In this document: positions 8,935 through 18,900 of the stretch, in pieces
Layout: each line of letters starts with the position of its first letter
Position numbering within the stretch: position 1 is the first letter of the stretch
Source: Opitutaceae bacterium
Lineage (GTDB): Bacteria; Verrucomicrobiota; Verrucomicrobiia; Opitutales; Opitutaceae
NCBI GenBank assembly: GCA_003140665.1
Contig: PLKS01000058.1
Coordinates: 1-50,183 of the forward strand
Reading direction: 5' to 3'
Length of the DNA: 50,183 nucleotides
Translations under genes and position numbers: made by a program
The notes under the pieces: model-generated
Database searches by the model: none
What the model was told of the DNA's origin: nothing
The model's input: only the letters and a program-made list of their open reading frames with translations

Positions 8935-9692
8935 AGCACTACTTCACGATATTCGCGCATGAGGTCCGCATGCTGCTGGTCAGCCCGAGCACCTACATCG
9001 CGGGCGTCGCCTTCCTCGCGCTCATGGGATTCATGTTCACCGGCATCCTCGAGCAGTACAGCACGGCGCCGCAGGTGGACTCGCCCGCGACCGTCTTCTT
9101 CAAGGTGTATTTCCTGCCGGTGATCTTCATGGTGCCGCTGCTCACGATGAAGTGCCTTGCGGACGAGCGCCGGCTCGGGACCATCGAGACGCTCCTGACA
9201 ACGCCCGTGACGACGACCGAGGTCGTGCTCGGCAAGTACAGCGCCGCGTACCTGCTCTACATCGCCTTCTGGGCCTCCACCTCGGGCCTCTTCTACATCC
9301 TCAAGAGGTTCGCGGGCGACCCCCGCCTGATCGACCCGGGTCCCATCGTCGGCGGATACCTTTTCATCGCGATCTCGGGCCTCCTGTTCATATCGATCGG
9401 CGTCTTCACGAGCTCCCTCTCGCGCAACCAGTCCGTGGCCGGGATCCTCTGCACCGTCATCCTCATCGGGATCATCTTCGGCGGACGCTACCTCGGCAGC
9501 GTCTCGTGGCTCGACCGCGAGTCGCTGGCGCCGCTCAAGGACGCGGTGGCCTACGCCCAGATCTCCCAGCATTTCCAGGACTTCACGCGGGGGGTCGTGG
9601 ACACCCGCGAGCTTCTGTTCTACCTGAGCGGCACCGTCCTCGCGCTGATATTCAGCATCCTGAGCGTCGAGGCGAAGCTCCTCCACAGCTAG
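8931..9692 (+). CDS. ABC-2 type permease, GldF-like
   Basis: Internal ATG 8931 (MKHYFTIFAHEVRMLLVSPSTYIAGVAF..) overlaps the ATPase stop (ATGA). Six hydrophobic helices. The upstream part of track ORF 8310..9692 is R/P/G-rich out-of-frame read-through of the ATPase gene. Confidence 0.85.
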   Translation: MKHYFTIFAHEVRMLLVSPSTYIAGVAFLALMGFMFTGILEQYSTAPQVDSPATVFFKVYFLPVIFMVPLLTMKCLADERRLGTIETLLTTPVTTTEVVLGKYSAAYLLYIAFWASTSGLFYILKRFAGDPRLIDPGPIVGGYLFIAISGLLFISIGVFTSSLSRNQSVAGILCTVILIGIIFGGRYLGSVSWLDRESLAPLKDAVAYAQISQHFQDFTRGVVDTRELLFYLSGTVLALIFSILSVEAKLLHS

Positions 9693-9708
9693 GCCCGGAC
9701 CCATTCCC

Positions 9709-11178
9709 GTGATCGACAGCTCCCGAGCCGCCCGATGGATCCGCACCTTCAACCTCGTCCTGCAGGCCGTGCTCTTCATGACGTTCGTCGGCGGCCTGAA
9801 CTACCTGGCGAGGACCCATGCCTGGCGCTTCGACCTCACCCGCTACCGGCGGTATTCGCTCTCGGCGGAGACCCTTTCCTACCTGCGCGAGCTGACCCGG
9901 CCGATCCACATCGTGGTCACCTGGGACGGCCAGACGGACGATCCCGAGGTCGAGGGGCTGCTGCGCGAGTACGTCTACGCCACCGAGGCCAATCCGCCGG
10001 GACAGGTGACCGTCGAGAAGGTCGACATCTACCAGGACCGCCGCAAGACCGAGAAGTACGGCATCGAGCAGGCCGGCATGGTGCTGCTCCAGTGCGGCGA
10101 CAAGCGGCGCGTTCTCACGGTCGCCGACCTTTACCGCGCAGAGAACAAGGTCCGCAAGGCGTTCACGGGCGAGCAGGCCGTGACCGACGCGATCCTCGAC
10201 GTCTCGAACCCGGACAGGAAGAAGATATATTTCCTCGTCGGCCATGCCGAGCTGCGCCCCGACGACGTCGACCCGGCGCGCGGCCTCTCGATCGTCCGCG
10301 ACCAGCTGCGCCTGCGCAACTACGACGTCGACACGCTCGACCTCGCCACGGCGGGCAAGATCCCGCCCGACACGGCGGTGCTCGTGAGCGTCGCGCCGCA
10401 GGACCCGTACACCCCCTATGAGCAGGAGCTCCTCCGGCAGTACCTGGGCGCGCAGGCCGGCAGGCTCATCCTGTTCATCGCGGCGGGCACCCAGCCCGGG
10501 CTCAGGGACCTGCTCATCGACGACTGGGGCGTCCTGGTCGACGACGACCTGATCATCGACCTGGGCTCCGACAACATGACCGAGGACGGGGACCTCATCG
10601 TCCTGGCGTTCGCGCAGCATCCGATCACGCAGGCGCTGCTCGACTACAAGGAGCCGCTGCGCATCGGCAACGCCCGCAGCGTGAGGCCCCTGCCCGGCCG
10701 TCCCGCCGAGGCCGGACTCACGGTCGTGACCCTCGCGGCCACGTCTAAGACGGCCTGGGGGGAGCTCGACTACCGCCAGCGCGGCATCCAGCCCTTTACC
10801 CCCGGGGTCGACATCAAGGGGCTTCCCCAGATGGAGCCGCCGGACAGGCTCGGGATCGCCGTCGCCTCGGAGAAGGTCGCCGTCAAGGGCAGCCTGCCCT
10901 ACAGCGTGCCGGGCGGCCGCATCGTCGTCGTCGGGACGGGCGACATGATCTCCAACGCGAGGATCGTCAACACCGGCTCCGAGGGGCTGTTCCTCGGCGC
11001 CGTCAACTGGACGGTCGGGCGCGACACCACGCTCAACGTCCCGTCGCGGCCCATCGACCGCTTCCAGCTTTCGCTCAGCGCGGGCGAGCTCGCCCGCCTG
11101 CGCTACGCGCTGATGCTCGCGCTGCCCGGCATTGCCGCCCTCCTGGGCATCGCCGTATACTGGGCCCGGAGAAGCTAG
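9709..11178 (+). CDS. GldG-like ABC transporter auxiliary protein (bitopic at both ends, large periplasmic domain)
   Basis: GTG start. N-terminal TM (FNLVLQAVLFMTFVGGLNYLA), then RFDLTRYRRYSLSAETLSYLRELTRPIHIVV typical of GldG-type proteins, and a C-terminal TM (YALMLALPGIAALLGIAVYWARR). Confidence 0.8.
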   Translation: MIDSSRAARWIRTFNLVLQAVLFMTFVGGLNYLARTHAWRFDLTRYRRYSLSAETLSYLRELTRPIHIVVTWDGQTDDPEVEGLLREYVYATEANPPGQVTVEKVDIYQDRRKTEKYGIEQAGMVLLQCGDKRRVLTVADLYRAENKVRKAFTGEQAVTDAILDVSNPDRKKIYFLVGHAELRPDDVDPARGLSIVRDQLRLRNYDVDTLDLATAGKIPPDTAVLVSVAPQDPYTPYEQELLRQYLGAQAGRLILFIAAGTQPGLRDLLIDDWGVLVDDDLIIDLGSDNMTEDGDLIVLAFAQHPITQALLDYKEPLRIGNARSVRPLPGRPAEAGLTVVTLAATSKTAWGELDYRQRGIQPFTPGVDIKGLPQMEPPDRLGIAVASEKVAVKGSLPYSVPGGRIVVVGTGDMISNARIVNTGSEGLFLGAVNWTVGRDTTLNVPSRPIDRFQLSLSAGELARLRYALMLALPGIAALLGIAVYWARRS

Positions 11179-11206
11179 AAACCCCACCGCACACCCGCCC
11201 ACCGAC

Positions 11207-13093
11207 ATGCGCTCCAAAGTAACCCTCGTCCTGCTTTTCCTGAACGTCGCGCTGTTCTTTTTCATCTTCTATTTCGAGCGCGACTGGAGGATCGAGCGGG
11301 CGTCGCTCGAGGCGCGCCGCAGGGTCCTCGGCCCGGAGGCCGCCGACATCCGGAGCCTGGAGGTCACGGGATCGGCGCCGGGCTCGAGCTTCCGGATGGA
11401 GCGCAGGGGCGACACCTGGTACCTGACGAAGCCGGTCGAATGGCCGGCGAACCCGAACGCGGTCAACCGGATCCTCAACGAGCTCCAGTTCCTGGAGCAC
11501 GAGACGAGCTTCAGCACCCGCGACCTTGAGAAGAACGGCCAGAAGCTCGCGGACTACGGGCTCGACCAGCCCAAGCTGACCGTGTCGTTTTCCTCGGGCG
11601 AGGCGTCCGCCCCGGGGGCTCCCGGCGGCAGGACCACCGTCCTGCGGATCGGGGACACGACAAAGGTCGGGGACCATCTCTATCTGCTGTCGCCGGACGG
11701 CGAGCGCGTCCACGTGGTGGGCCGCTCGCTAGCCGACAGCCTTGCGATCCCGTTCGACGAGCTGCGGTCGGACATCGTGTTCTCGATCCCGGTGTTCGAG
11801 GCCCGCTCCCTCAGCCTCCAGACCGCCGCCCCCTCCGGCGTCCGCGTCCGGCTTCACCGGGACGGCAGCCGCTGGTCGTTCGAGACGCCCGTCATCGCCC
11901 GCGCCGGCAAGAACGCGACCGAGCTCGCCATCAACGGCCTCGACTCCCTACGCGTCAAGTCGTTCGTCCTGCAGAATCCGCCCGCCGCGGCGCCGTCCAC
12001 GTCGTTCCTCCTTCGGGTCACGCTCGAGGGGAACAACCGGCGCGAGACGCTCTACGTGGGCGGACCCTCGGAGGGGGACCAGACCTACTACGCCCAGCTG
12101 GAGGACCGCCCGGCGATCTTCACGGTGGCGATCCCGAAGGCCCTCATGGACACGCTCCGCAACGGGTCGGACGACCTGCGCGACCGCCACGTCCTGGACT
12201 TCGACGCGAACGCGGTCACCTCGATCGCTCTCTCGGCGCCGAACCAGCCGGAGCTCGACCTGCAGCGCCTCGAGCCGGCGGCCGGCAGCCAGGCCGCCGG
12301 CTGGCAGATCATCCGTCGCGGCGGCGGCGCGCAGGGCCCGCAGACGCTCCCCGCCGACACGGCGGCCGTCCAGCGCCTCCTCGACCAGCTGGAGACCCTG
12401 ACCGCGCTCAAGTTCCAGAGCGACGCGCCGACCAACGCCGACCTCGAGGACTGGGGATTCAACCGGCCGGAGAGGGAGATCGTGCTCACGCTCGCGGGCT
12501 CGACGATACCGCAGCTGACGCTGCAGATCGGGCTTCCCACGAACCGCGAGAATGTCGCCTACGCCCGGATCGCGGGCTCCTCGTCGGTCTACGCCGTGGA
12601 GCCCGACGTACTGCGCGAGACCGGGGCGTCGCCGCTCGCATGGCGCGAGCGGCTGCTCGGGACCATCCCCGCGTCGGCGCGGATCACCTCGCTGACCCTC
12701 GCCAACGCGGCCGACGGCTCGGTCATCTACGCGCACAGGCTCGCCGACGGCGAGACATGGGACGCGGCGCTCGCCGCCGAGCCCGCCCCGAGGAAGTCGG
12801 CGCTGACGACGGTCCTCTCGCAGCTCCGCTCCCTGCGCGCGGCGAGCTTCGTGCAGGACGGCTTCCCCGAGAAGGTGTTCGCCGCCGGCGAGGTGCGCCC
12901 ATGGAAGTACCGGCTGGACGCGACGGTTTCCCTTCCCGGCGGCGCGGGGGCCGGGCAGGTGAACACGATGACACTCTGGTTCGCCGAGCGCACCGGGGCC
13001 ACGGAGCAGCTCGCGGGCTCCAAGGATTTCGGGGCCGTGTTCGCGATCGAGCAGCCGCTGCTGGACGCGCTCTGGACGCTGACGCAGCCCTGA
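11207..13093 (+). CDS. DUF4340-type periplasmic protein with four internal repeats
   Basis: I prefer ATG 11207 (MRSKVTLVLLFLNVALFFFIFYF, a membrane anchor). This family usually follows GldG-like genes. The repeat units are listed under findings. Confidence 0.75.
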   Translation: MRSKVTLVLLFLNVALFFFIFYFERDWRIERASLEARRRVLGPEAADIRSLEVTGSAPGSSFRMERRGDTWYLTKPVEWPANPNAVNRILNELQFLEHETSFSTRDLEKNGQKLADYGLDQPKLTVSFSSGEASAPGAPGGRTTVLRIGDTTKVGDHLYLLSPDGERVHVVGRSLADSLAIPFDELRSDIVFSIPVFEARSLSLQTAAPSGVRVRLHRDGSRWSFETPVIARAGKNATELAINGLDSLRVKSFVLQNPPAAAPSTSFLLRVTLEGNNRRETLYVGGPSEGDQTYYAQLEDRPAIFTVAIPKALMDTLRNGSDDLRDRHVLDFDANAVTSIALSAPNQPELDLQRLEPAAGSQAAGWQIIRRGGGAQGPQTLPADTAAVQRLLDQLETLTALKFQSDAPTNADLEDWGFNRPEREIVLTLAGSTIPQLTLQIGLPTNRENVAYARIAGSSSVYAVEPDVLRETGASPLAWRERLLGTIPASARITSLTLANAADGSVIYAHRLADGETWDAALAAEPAPRKSALTTVLSQLRSLRAASFVQDGFPEKVFAAGEVRPWKYRLDATVSLPGGAGAGQVNTMTLWFAERTGATEQLAGSKDFGAVFAIEQPLLDALWTLTQP

Positions 13094-13097
13094 ACGG

Positions 13098-15875
13098 ATG
13101 CCCGCGGGAATCAAGAAGTCCGGCAACGCGGTCGCCCGCCGCTGCGCCTCCGGCCTGGCCACGGTCGGCATCTGGACCGGATGGCTCGTCCTCTCGGTGC
13201 TGCTGGTGTCCCAGGCCTATGTCGCCTCGGTCCGCCGGATGGAGATCCCGCGCTTCCTCCTCCATGCGATCGAGAACCACCTCGCCCGGTCCGGAGTCTC
13301 GGTCGCGTTCGGGCGGGCGACCTTCGACCCCTCCGGGCGGGTGCTCATCGAGGATGCGCGCTTCAAGCTGGCGTCCTTCAGCGAGCCGGTCGTCACGGCG
13401 CGCGCGATCTACATAAGGCTGGACCCGCTGGCCCTGATCGCGGGGCGGTTTGAGGCGAGTGAGATCCGGGCGACCGGGGCCGACCTCTTCATCCCGGCGA
13501 TGCTCTCGAGGTCGGGCAGCGCCGAGCGGATCGTGCAGGACCTCGACGCGGGCTTCTCCATAACCTCGAGGAGCGACGAGTTCTCGGTCGACTACCTGAA
13601 CTGCCGCCTGGCGGGGGTTTCCCTGTCGGCGCGCGGGGCGATCAACGCTGGGACCGTCGCCCGGGAGGGAGTCCAGGCCACGCCCCTCCCCCTCGCGGAG
13701 TTCGTGTCCGTGAACTATGTCGCCCTGAGCCGCGAATTCTCCCGCGTCGAGCAGCAGACGTCGGCCCTGAGCGGTGCCGTGCTCACGGCCGTCCTCATCC
13801 CCTCCGACACCCGCGGCGCGATCGTGGAGGCCCAGCTCTGCGCGCCGAGCCTCAAGATGTCCGCCCCCATCGCCCTGGACGCGGAGAACATCGTCGCCAC
13901 GGGGCGGTTTCCCCTCATCGGCAGCGAGCCTCTGATGGCATCGGCCACCGCATCGATCCAGAGCCTGCGGCTCGGGAAGGGGTCGGCGGCCGGCGTCCGG
14001 GCCCACATCCGCGGAATCCTGAGGATCGACACCCTCTCGTTCGACCCGACGCAGCTGGACCTGACGGCCGTCTCCGTCCTCGCGGAGGGCGCGGCGGCCC
14101 TCGCGCCCGTCGTGAGGATGACGCCCGCGAGCGGGCAGAAATTCGCGGCGGAGGCCTCGGCGTGGCTGTTCGGCGCCCCGGTATCGGCGCGCGCCGAGGT
14201 CGATCCCGCGTCCAAGTCGGCCGACATCGTTTTCGACGCGTCCGTGTCGCCCGGCCTGCTCGATCCCCTGTCGGCGCGCCTGCGGGTGCCGATCCGGCGG
14301 TTTGTCGACCTTACCGAGCCCGTGACGCTCGTGGGCAGCGTCCACTTCGCGCCGGGCTGGAAGTATTCGCACGGGAAGGCGCGGGCGGACGGCCGCAACC
14401 TGCTCGCCTACGGCGTGAAGATAGACGAGGCGCGCGGCATCGTGACGTATGACGGCACGAATTTCGCCGCGCACGAGGCCATTGTGCGAAGCGGGGACAA
14501 CCTCGCGGGGGGGTCCTACGAGCAGAATTTCACCACGCTGGAGTTCAGGTACCTGCTCCAGGGCCGCCTGCGCCCGCTCGACATCTCGCCCTGGTTCCAG
14601 GGGGGATGGTGGCAGAGCCTGTTCACGGGCTTCGACTTTCCCTCGAGGCCGCCCGACGCGACGGTCGACGTCCGGGGCCGTTACCTGCACGGCAGGGTCT
14701 TCTCGGTGTTCGGCTACGCCGACGCGAAAAACCCGGTCCTTTTCGGCGTGCCATTCGACGACGTCCGGGCCCGCGTCTTCGTCGACCAGTCGGTCTGCGA
14801 AGGCTTCGAGGTCGCGGCGACGCGCGGATCCGGAAGCGCGCAGGGCGCGTTCAAGCTGACGACGGAACCCCTGCACGGGGTCTGGAGCGGGCTGGACATC
14901 GACGTTGCGTCGACGCTCGAGCCCTCGCCGGCGGCCAAGTTCCTCCCGGAGGCCGGCGCCGACGCCCTCGCCTCGTTCTCGTTCGACAGGGCCCCCTCGA
15001 TATCCCTCCGCGGGCATTTCGACGGGCCCGCGTCCGCAGGCATGCGGCACAAGGCGCTCCACGCGGACATCCACTCGGACGCCGGCCTGCGCGTCCACGG
15101 GGTCCCGTTCAGCAAGGCCTCGTTCAAGCTCGACCTTCACGACGACGACATCGCCGTGGGCGACATCGATGCGGGATTCGCCGGCGGCAACGTCACGGGG
15201 TCGGCGGGCCTGACCGGGACGGGGGCCGACAGGCGCCTGCGGTTCAAGGCGGCGGTGACGGGCGCCAGCCTGGGAAAGGCGGCGGCGGCCGCCGCGGGCT
15301 ATGTTTCCGCAGCCGCCGGCCAGTCGACGGCGCTCGACACCTTCGCGCGCGAGAAGGCCGACGTTCAGCTCGACCTGAACGCGACCGCCGAAGGCCGGCC
15401 TGGCGAGCTCGATTCCTTCGTCGGGGACGGAACCGTCCAGATCCAGGGCGCCGACCTCGGGGAACTGTCCCTCCTGGGGGGCCTTTCGCGGCTTCTCAAG
15501 GTGACGGAGCTCCGCTTCACCCAGGCCAGGGCCGAGTTCAAGATCGAGCATTCCTCACTCGTCTTTTCCGAGGTGAGCGTGCTCGGCGCGAATTCCGCGA
15601 TCGATGCGAAGGGCACCTACATGATCGACAGGCGGCTGCTTGATTTCTCGGCGAGGATCCGCCCCTTCCAGGAGAGCCGATCGTTCCTCCAGGTGTTCAA
15701 CGCGATCTCCGCGCCCCTTTCCGCCGTCTTCCGGGTCAAGCTCGCCGGCAGCATCGACAAGCCGTCGTGGAGCCTGGCCTACAGCCCGCTGACCCTGCTG
15801 CGGGCGGCCGACCTCAAGGCCTCCTCGGCCGACAGGCCCGTCGCGCCCTTTCCGCTGGCCAATCCCCCTCCCTGA
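13098..15875 (+). CDS. Large membrane-anchored AsmA/TamB-like protein
   Basis: 925 aa, starting 5 nt after the DUF4340 stop. N-terminal TM (LATVGIWTGWLVLSVLLVSQAYV), then an AsmA-like N-domain (..VTARAIYIRLDPLALIAGRFEASEIRATGADLFI). The C-terminus resembles the AsmA_2 domain (GDGTVQIQGADLGELSLLGGLSRLL..FTQARAEFKIEHSSLVFSEVSVLGANSAIDAKGTYMID). The family call is from pattern recognition only. Confidence 0.6.
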   Translation: MPAGIKKSGNAVARRCASGLATVGIWTGWLVLSVLLVSQAYVASVRRMEIPRFLLHAIENHLARSGVSVAFGRATFDPSGRVLIEDARFKLASFSEPVVTARAIYIRLDPLALIAGRFEASEIRATGADLFIPAMLSRSGSAERIVQDLDAGFSITSRSDEFSVDYLNCRLAGVSLSARGAINAGTVAREGVQATPLPLAEFVSVNYVALSREFSRVEQQTSALSGAVLTAVLIPSDTRGAIVEAQLCAPSLKMSAPIALDAENIVATGRFPLIGSEPLMASATASIQSLRLGKGSAAGVRAHIRGILRIDTLSFDPTQLDLTAVSVLAEGAAALAPVVRMTPASGQKFAAEASAWLFGAPVSARAEVDPASKSADIVFDASVSPGLLDPLSARLRVPIRRFVDLTEPVTLVGSVHFAPGWKYSHGKARADGRNLLAYGVKIDEARGIVTYDGTNFAAHEAIVRSGDNLAGGSYEQNFTTLEFRYLLQGRLRPLDISPWFQGGWWQSLFTGFDFPSRPPDATVDVRGRYLHGRVFSVFGYADAKNPVLFGVPFDDVRARVFVDQSVCEGFEVAATRGSGSAQGAFKLTTEPLHGVWSGLDIDVASTLEPSPAAKFLPEAGADALASFSFDRAPSISLRGHFDGPASAGMRHKALHADIHSDAGLRVHGVPFSKASFKLDLHDDDIAVGDIDAGFAGGNVTGSAGLTGTGADRRLRFKAAVTGASLGKAAAAAAGYVSAAAGQSTALDTFAREKADVQLDLNATAEGRPGELDSFVGDGTVQIQGADLGELSLLGGLSRLLKVTELRFTQARAEFKIEHSSLVFSEVSVLGANSAIDAKGTYMIDRRLLDFSARIRPFQESRSFLQVFNAISAPLSAVFRVKLAGSIDKPSWSLAYSPLTLLRAADLKASSADRPVAPFPLANPPP

Positions 15876-15986
15876 CAGGCAGATAAGGGGCCCGGAGGCC
15901 GGCGCGCCGCCCCCGCCAGCGCAAATGCCGCCGGCCGAAACACGTTGCTCCGCGCCGCCATGGAGGCTTAGGCTCGTCGGGGTCCA

Positions 15987-18900
15987 ATGGACAACGTTAT
16001 CACATTGCCGCGTCGGTCCTGGACCGAGCGGGCGTCGCTTGCGCTGGCTCTGATCCTCGTTGTGATCGGCGCCAGCGCCGTCCTGGGCTGGATTTTCCAC
16101 CTGGATGCCTTCCTGCAGCCGGTCGAGCACCAGGCCCCGATCAAGGCGAACGAGGGCCTCTGCTTCCTGGCCATCGGCCTGGCCCTGCTCGGCCGCGAGT
16201 TCGGGATAAGGAAGGCCGCCTGGGCGGCGGTCGCGCCCGCGCTCATCGGGGGGCTGACCGCGCTCGAGGGCCTCCTCGGCTTCGACTTGAGGATCGACGA
16301 GCTCCTGGCGCACGACTCCCTGCTGATCGACACGGCGCAGCCGGGCCGGGGCTCGGTCATGGCGGCATGCTGCATCGTGCTGGCGGGCGGGACCCTTCTG
16401 CTGAGGCTTTCCGAGAAGCGGGCCCGCGAGCGCCTTTTCGCCGAGGCCGTGGCCGGGTCGGTTCTGGCCTCCGTGGGGTTCTCCGCCCTGCTCGGGTACG
16501 CGTTCGGCCTGCCTGCGGTGTACGACTGGGGGACGAACACGGCGATGGCGGCCGTCACCGCGACCGCGCTCCTCGCCACAGGCTCGGCGCTGCTCGTGCT
16601 TGCCTGGAGGGAAAGCCTCAAGAACGAGGGCGGTCCGCCCGCGTGGATGCCGATGCCCGCGGTCCTTTTCTTCTTCACCCTGACGCTCATCTTCTGGATC
16701 GGGCTCAAGGAGCGCGAGGTCACCTACCTCAACGCGAAGGCATCGAACGCGGCAGGCGAGTTGGCGACGCGGATCAAGTCGGACATCGACCAGCAGATGA
16801 ACGCGCTGGACCGGCTGGCCCGCAATGGGGCCGAGAGCCCCGACAACAACATGGCCGCATGGGCGACCGACGCGGTCCAGCTGTTCGACGAGTCGAAGGA
16901 CCTTGGCAGCGTGTCGATCTCCTACATCGACTCGAACCTCAAGACCACGCGGATCTACCCGGCCCAGGGCACCGAGGCCGCCCTCGGGTACGACGGCCTG
17001 CTTGACTCGGCGCGGCGTGACGCCATCGAGGCCGCCCGCTCCACGAACACCCCGCAGGTCGTCATCCTTGCTGACATCGGCGGGAAAAAGTCCTCGGGAT
17101 TCGTGATCTATGCGCCGATCAGCAGGATCGGCAGCCCCAACAGCTTCGCCGCCCTGGAGTTCCTCTACGCGAGGTTTTTCTCGACGATCGTGCGCCAGCA
17201 GCCGGAGCTCGCCTCCAACTACTCGGTCGTGGTGAGCATCGGCCACCAGGAGGTCTACCGCTCCACGCTGCTGGACGACAAGGTCGACCAGGGGCTGCAG
17301 ACCGAGAAGGTCTACCCGATCTACGGCGAGCGCATCCGGCTGGCCCTCACGCCAACCTACCTCGCGCTCTCGCGCGACAGGCGGTTCCTGCCCGAGATGG
17401 CGCTCGGGGGCGGCCTCGCGATCACGCTCCTGCTCGGGTTCACTCTCCACCTCGCCCGGCGGGCGCGCTCGGGGCAGTACCTGTCGGAGCTTTCCAACAA
17501 GAAGCTGATCGCCGAGAACGAGGAGAGGCGCAGGGTCGAGGCGCGCCTGAAGGTGTCCGACGAGCGCCTCCGTCTCGCGCTCGACTCGACGCAAATCGGG
17601 ATATTCGAGTGGAACGTGCCGAAGGGCCACGTGTACTACAGCCCCGGTCTCTGGGGAATGCTCGGCTACGAGTACGGCCGGATGCCCTCGACCCTCGAGG
17701 CGTGGCAGTCGCTCATCCACCCGGACGACCTTCCGCTCTACCGCAAGCGCACCGAGTCCCAGCTCAACGGGGTCGCCTCGTTCATCGACCCGGAATACCG
17801 CGTCCGCGCGGTCTCGGGCGACTGGCGCTGGGTCTACGTCCGGTCCAAGTCGGTCCTCGCGGGCTCCAACGGGCGCCCCACGCGGATCATTGGCACGGTG
17901 CAGGACATAACGATAAGGCGCGAGTCCGAGCACGCGCTGCGGGAGAGCCAGGCCGAGGCCCGGAAGCTGTCGCTGGTCGCGTCCAAGACCGACAACCTCG
18001 TCATCATCGGCTCCGCCGACGGGAGGATCGAGTGGGTCAACGCCGCCTTCTGCAGGGTCATGGAGTACACGCTCGAGGAGGTCGTGGGCAAGGACCCCGG
18101 GCAGCTCCTGATCGGCCCCGACACCGACGAGGTGCAGGCCGACCTGATCCGCAACGAGATCGCGAAGGGGATCGGAACGAACACCGAGATCATCCACTAC
18201 TCCAAGTCGGGCAGGAAGTACTACCTGCACCTGGAGGTCCAGGTCGTGCGCAACCAGGGGGGCCAGGTGGAGAACTACATCGCGATCGAGAACGACATCA
18301 CGTCGCGGGTCGAGACCGAGAGCCAGCTGCGCAGGGCCAAGGCCGAGGCAGACGCCGCGTCGCGCGCGAAGAGCGAGTTCCTCGCCTCGATGTCGCACGA
18401 GATCCGCACGCCGATGAACGGCGTCATAGGCATGACGAGCATCCTCATGGAGACGACGCTCACGGGCGAGCAGCGGAACTTCGTGAACACGATCCGCACC
18501 TCGGGCGAGGCGCTCCTGACGATCATCAACGACATCCTTGACTTCTCGAAGATCGAGTCCGGCAAGATGGAGCTGGAAAGGGCCCCGTTCGAGCTGGCGC
18601 TGTGCGTCGAGGAGGCGCTCGACCTATTCGCCCCCACCGCGGCGGCAAAGCGGCTGGAGATCGGCTACCATGTCGAGCCCGACGTCCCTCCCTGGATCGT
18701 CGGCGATGTCACCCGCCTGCGCCAGATCATCGTCAACCTCGTCAACAACGCCATCAAGTTCACGCTCGCCGGCAGCATCTCGATCCATGTGAGGAGGATC
18801 TCCATGGACACGAATTTCAGGGCCACCCACCAGGGCCGCATGAAGCTCGAGATCACGGTGCAGGACACCGGCATCGGGATCCCCGCGGACAGGATCGACC

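Noticed and set aside
12723-18398. Very long antisense ORFs (12723..15551, 942 aa; 15555..18398, 947 aa) opposite the AsmA-like and histidine kinase genes.
   Set aside because: Their translations are monotonous R/G/P/A/D/E-rich strings with no recognisable motif. The opposite strand encodes proteins with clear domain signatures (H-box, N/G-boxes, PAS). Strong G/C preference at third codon positions removes stop codons from the antisense frames, which is a known artefact of GC-rich genomes.
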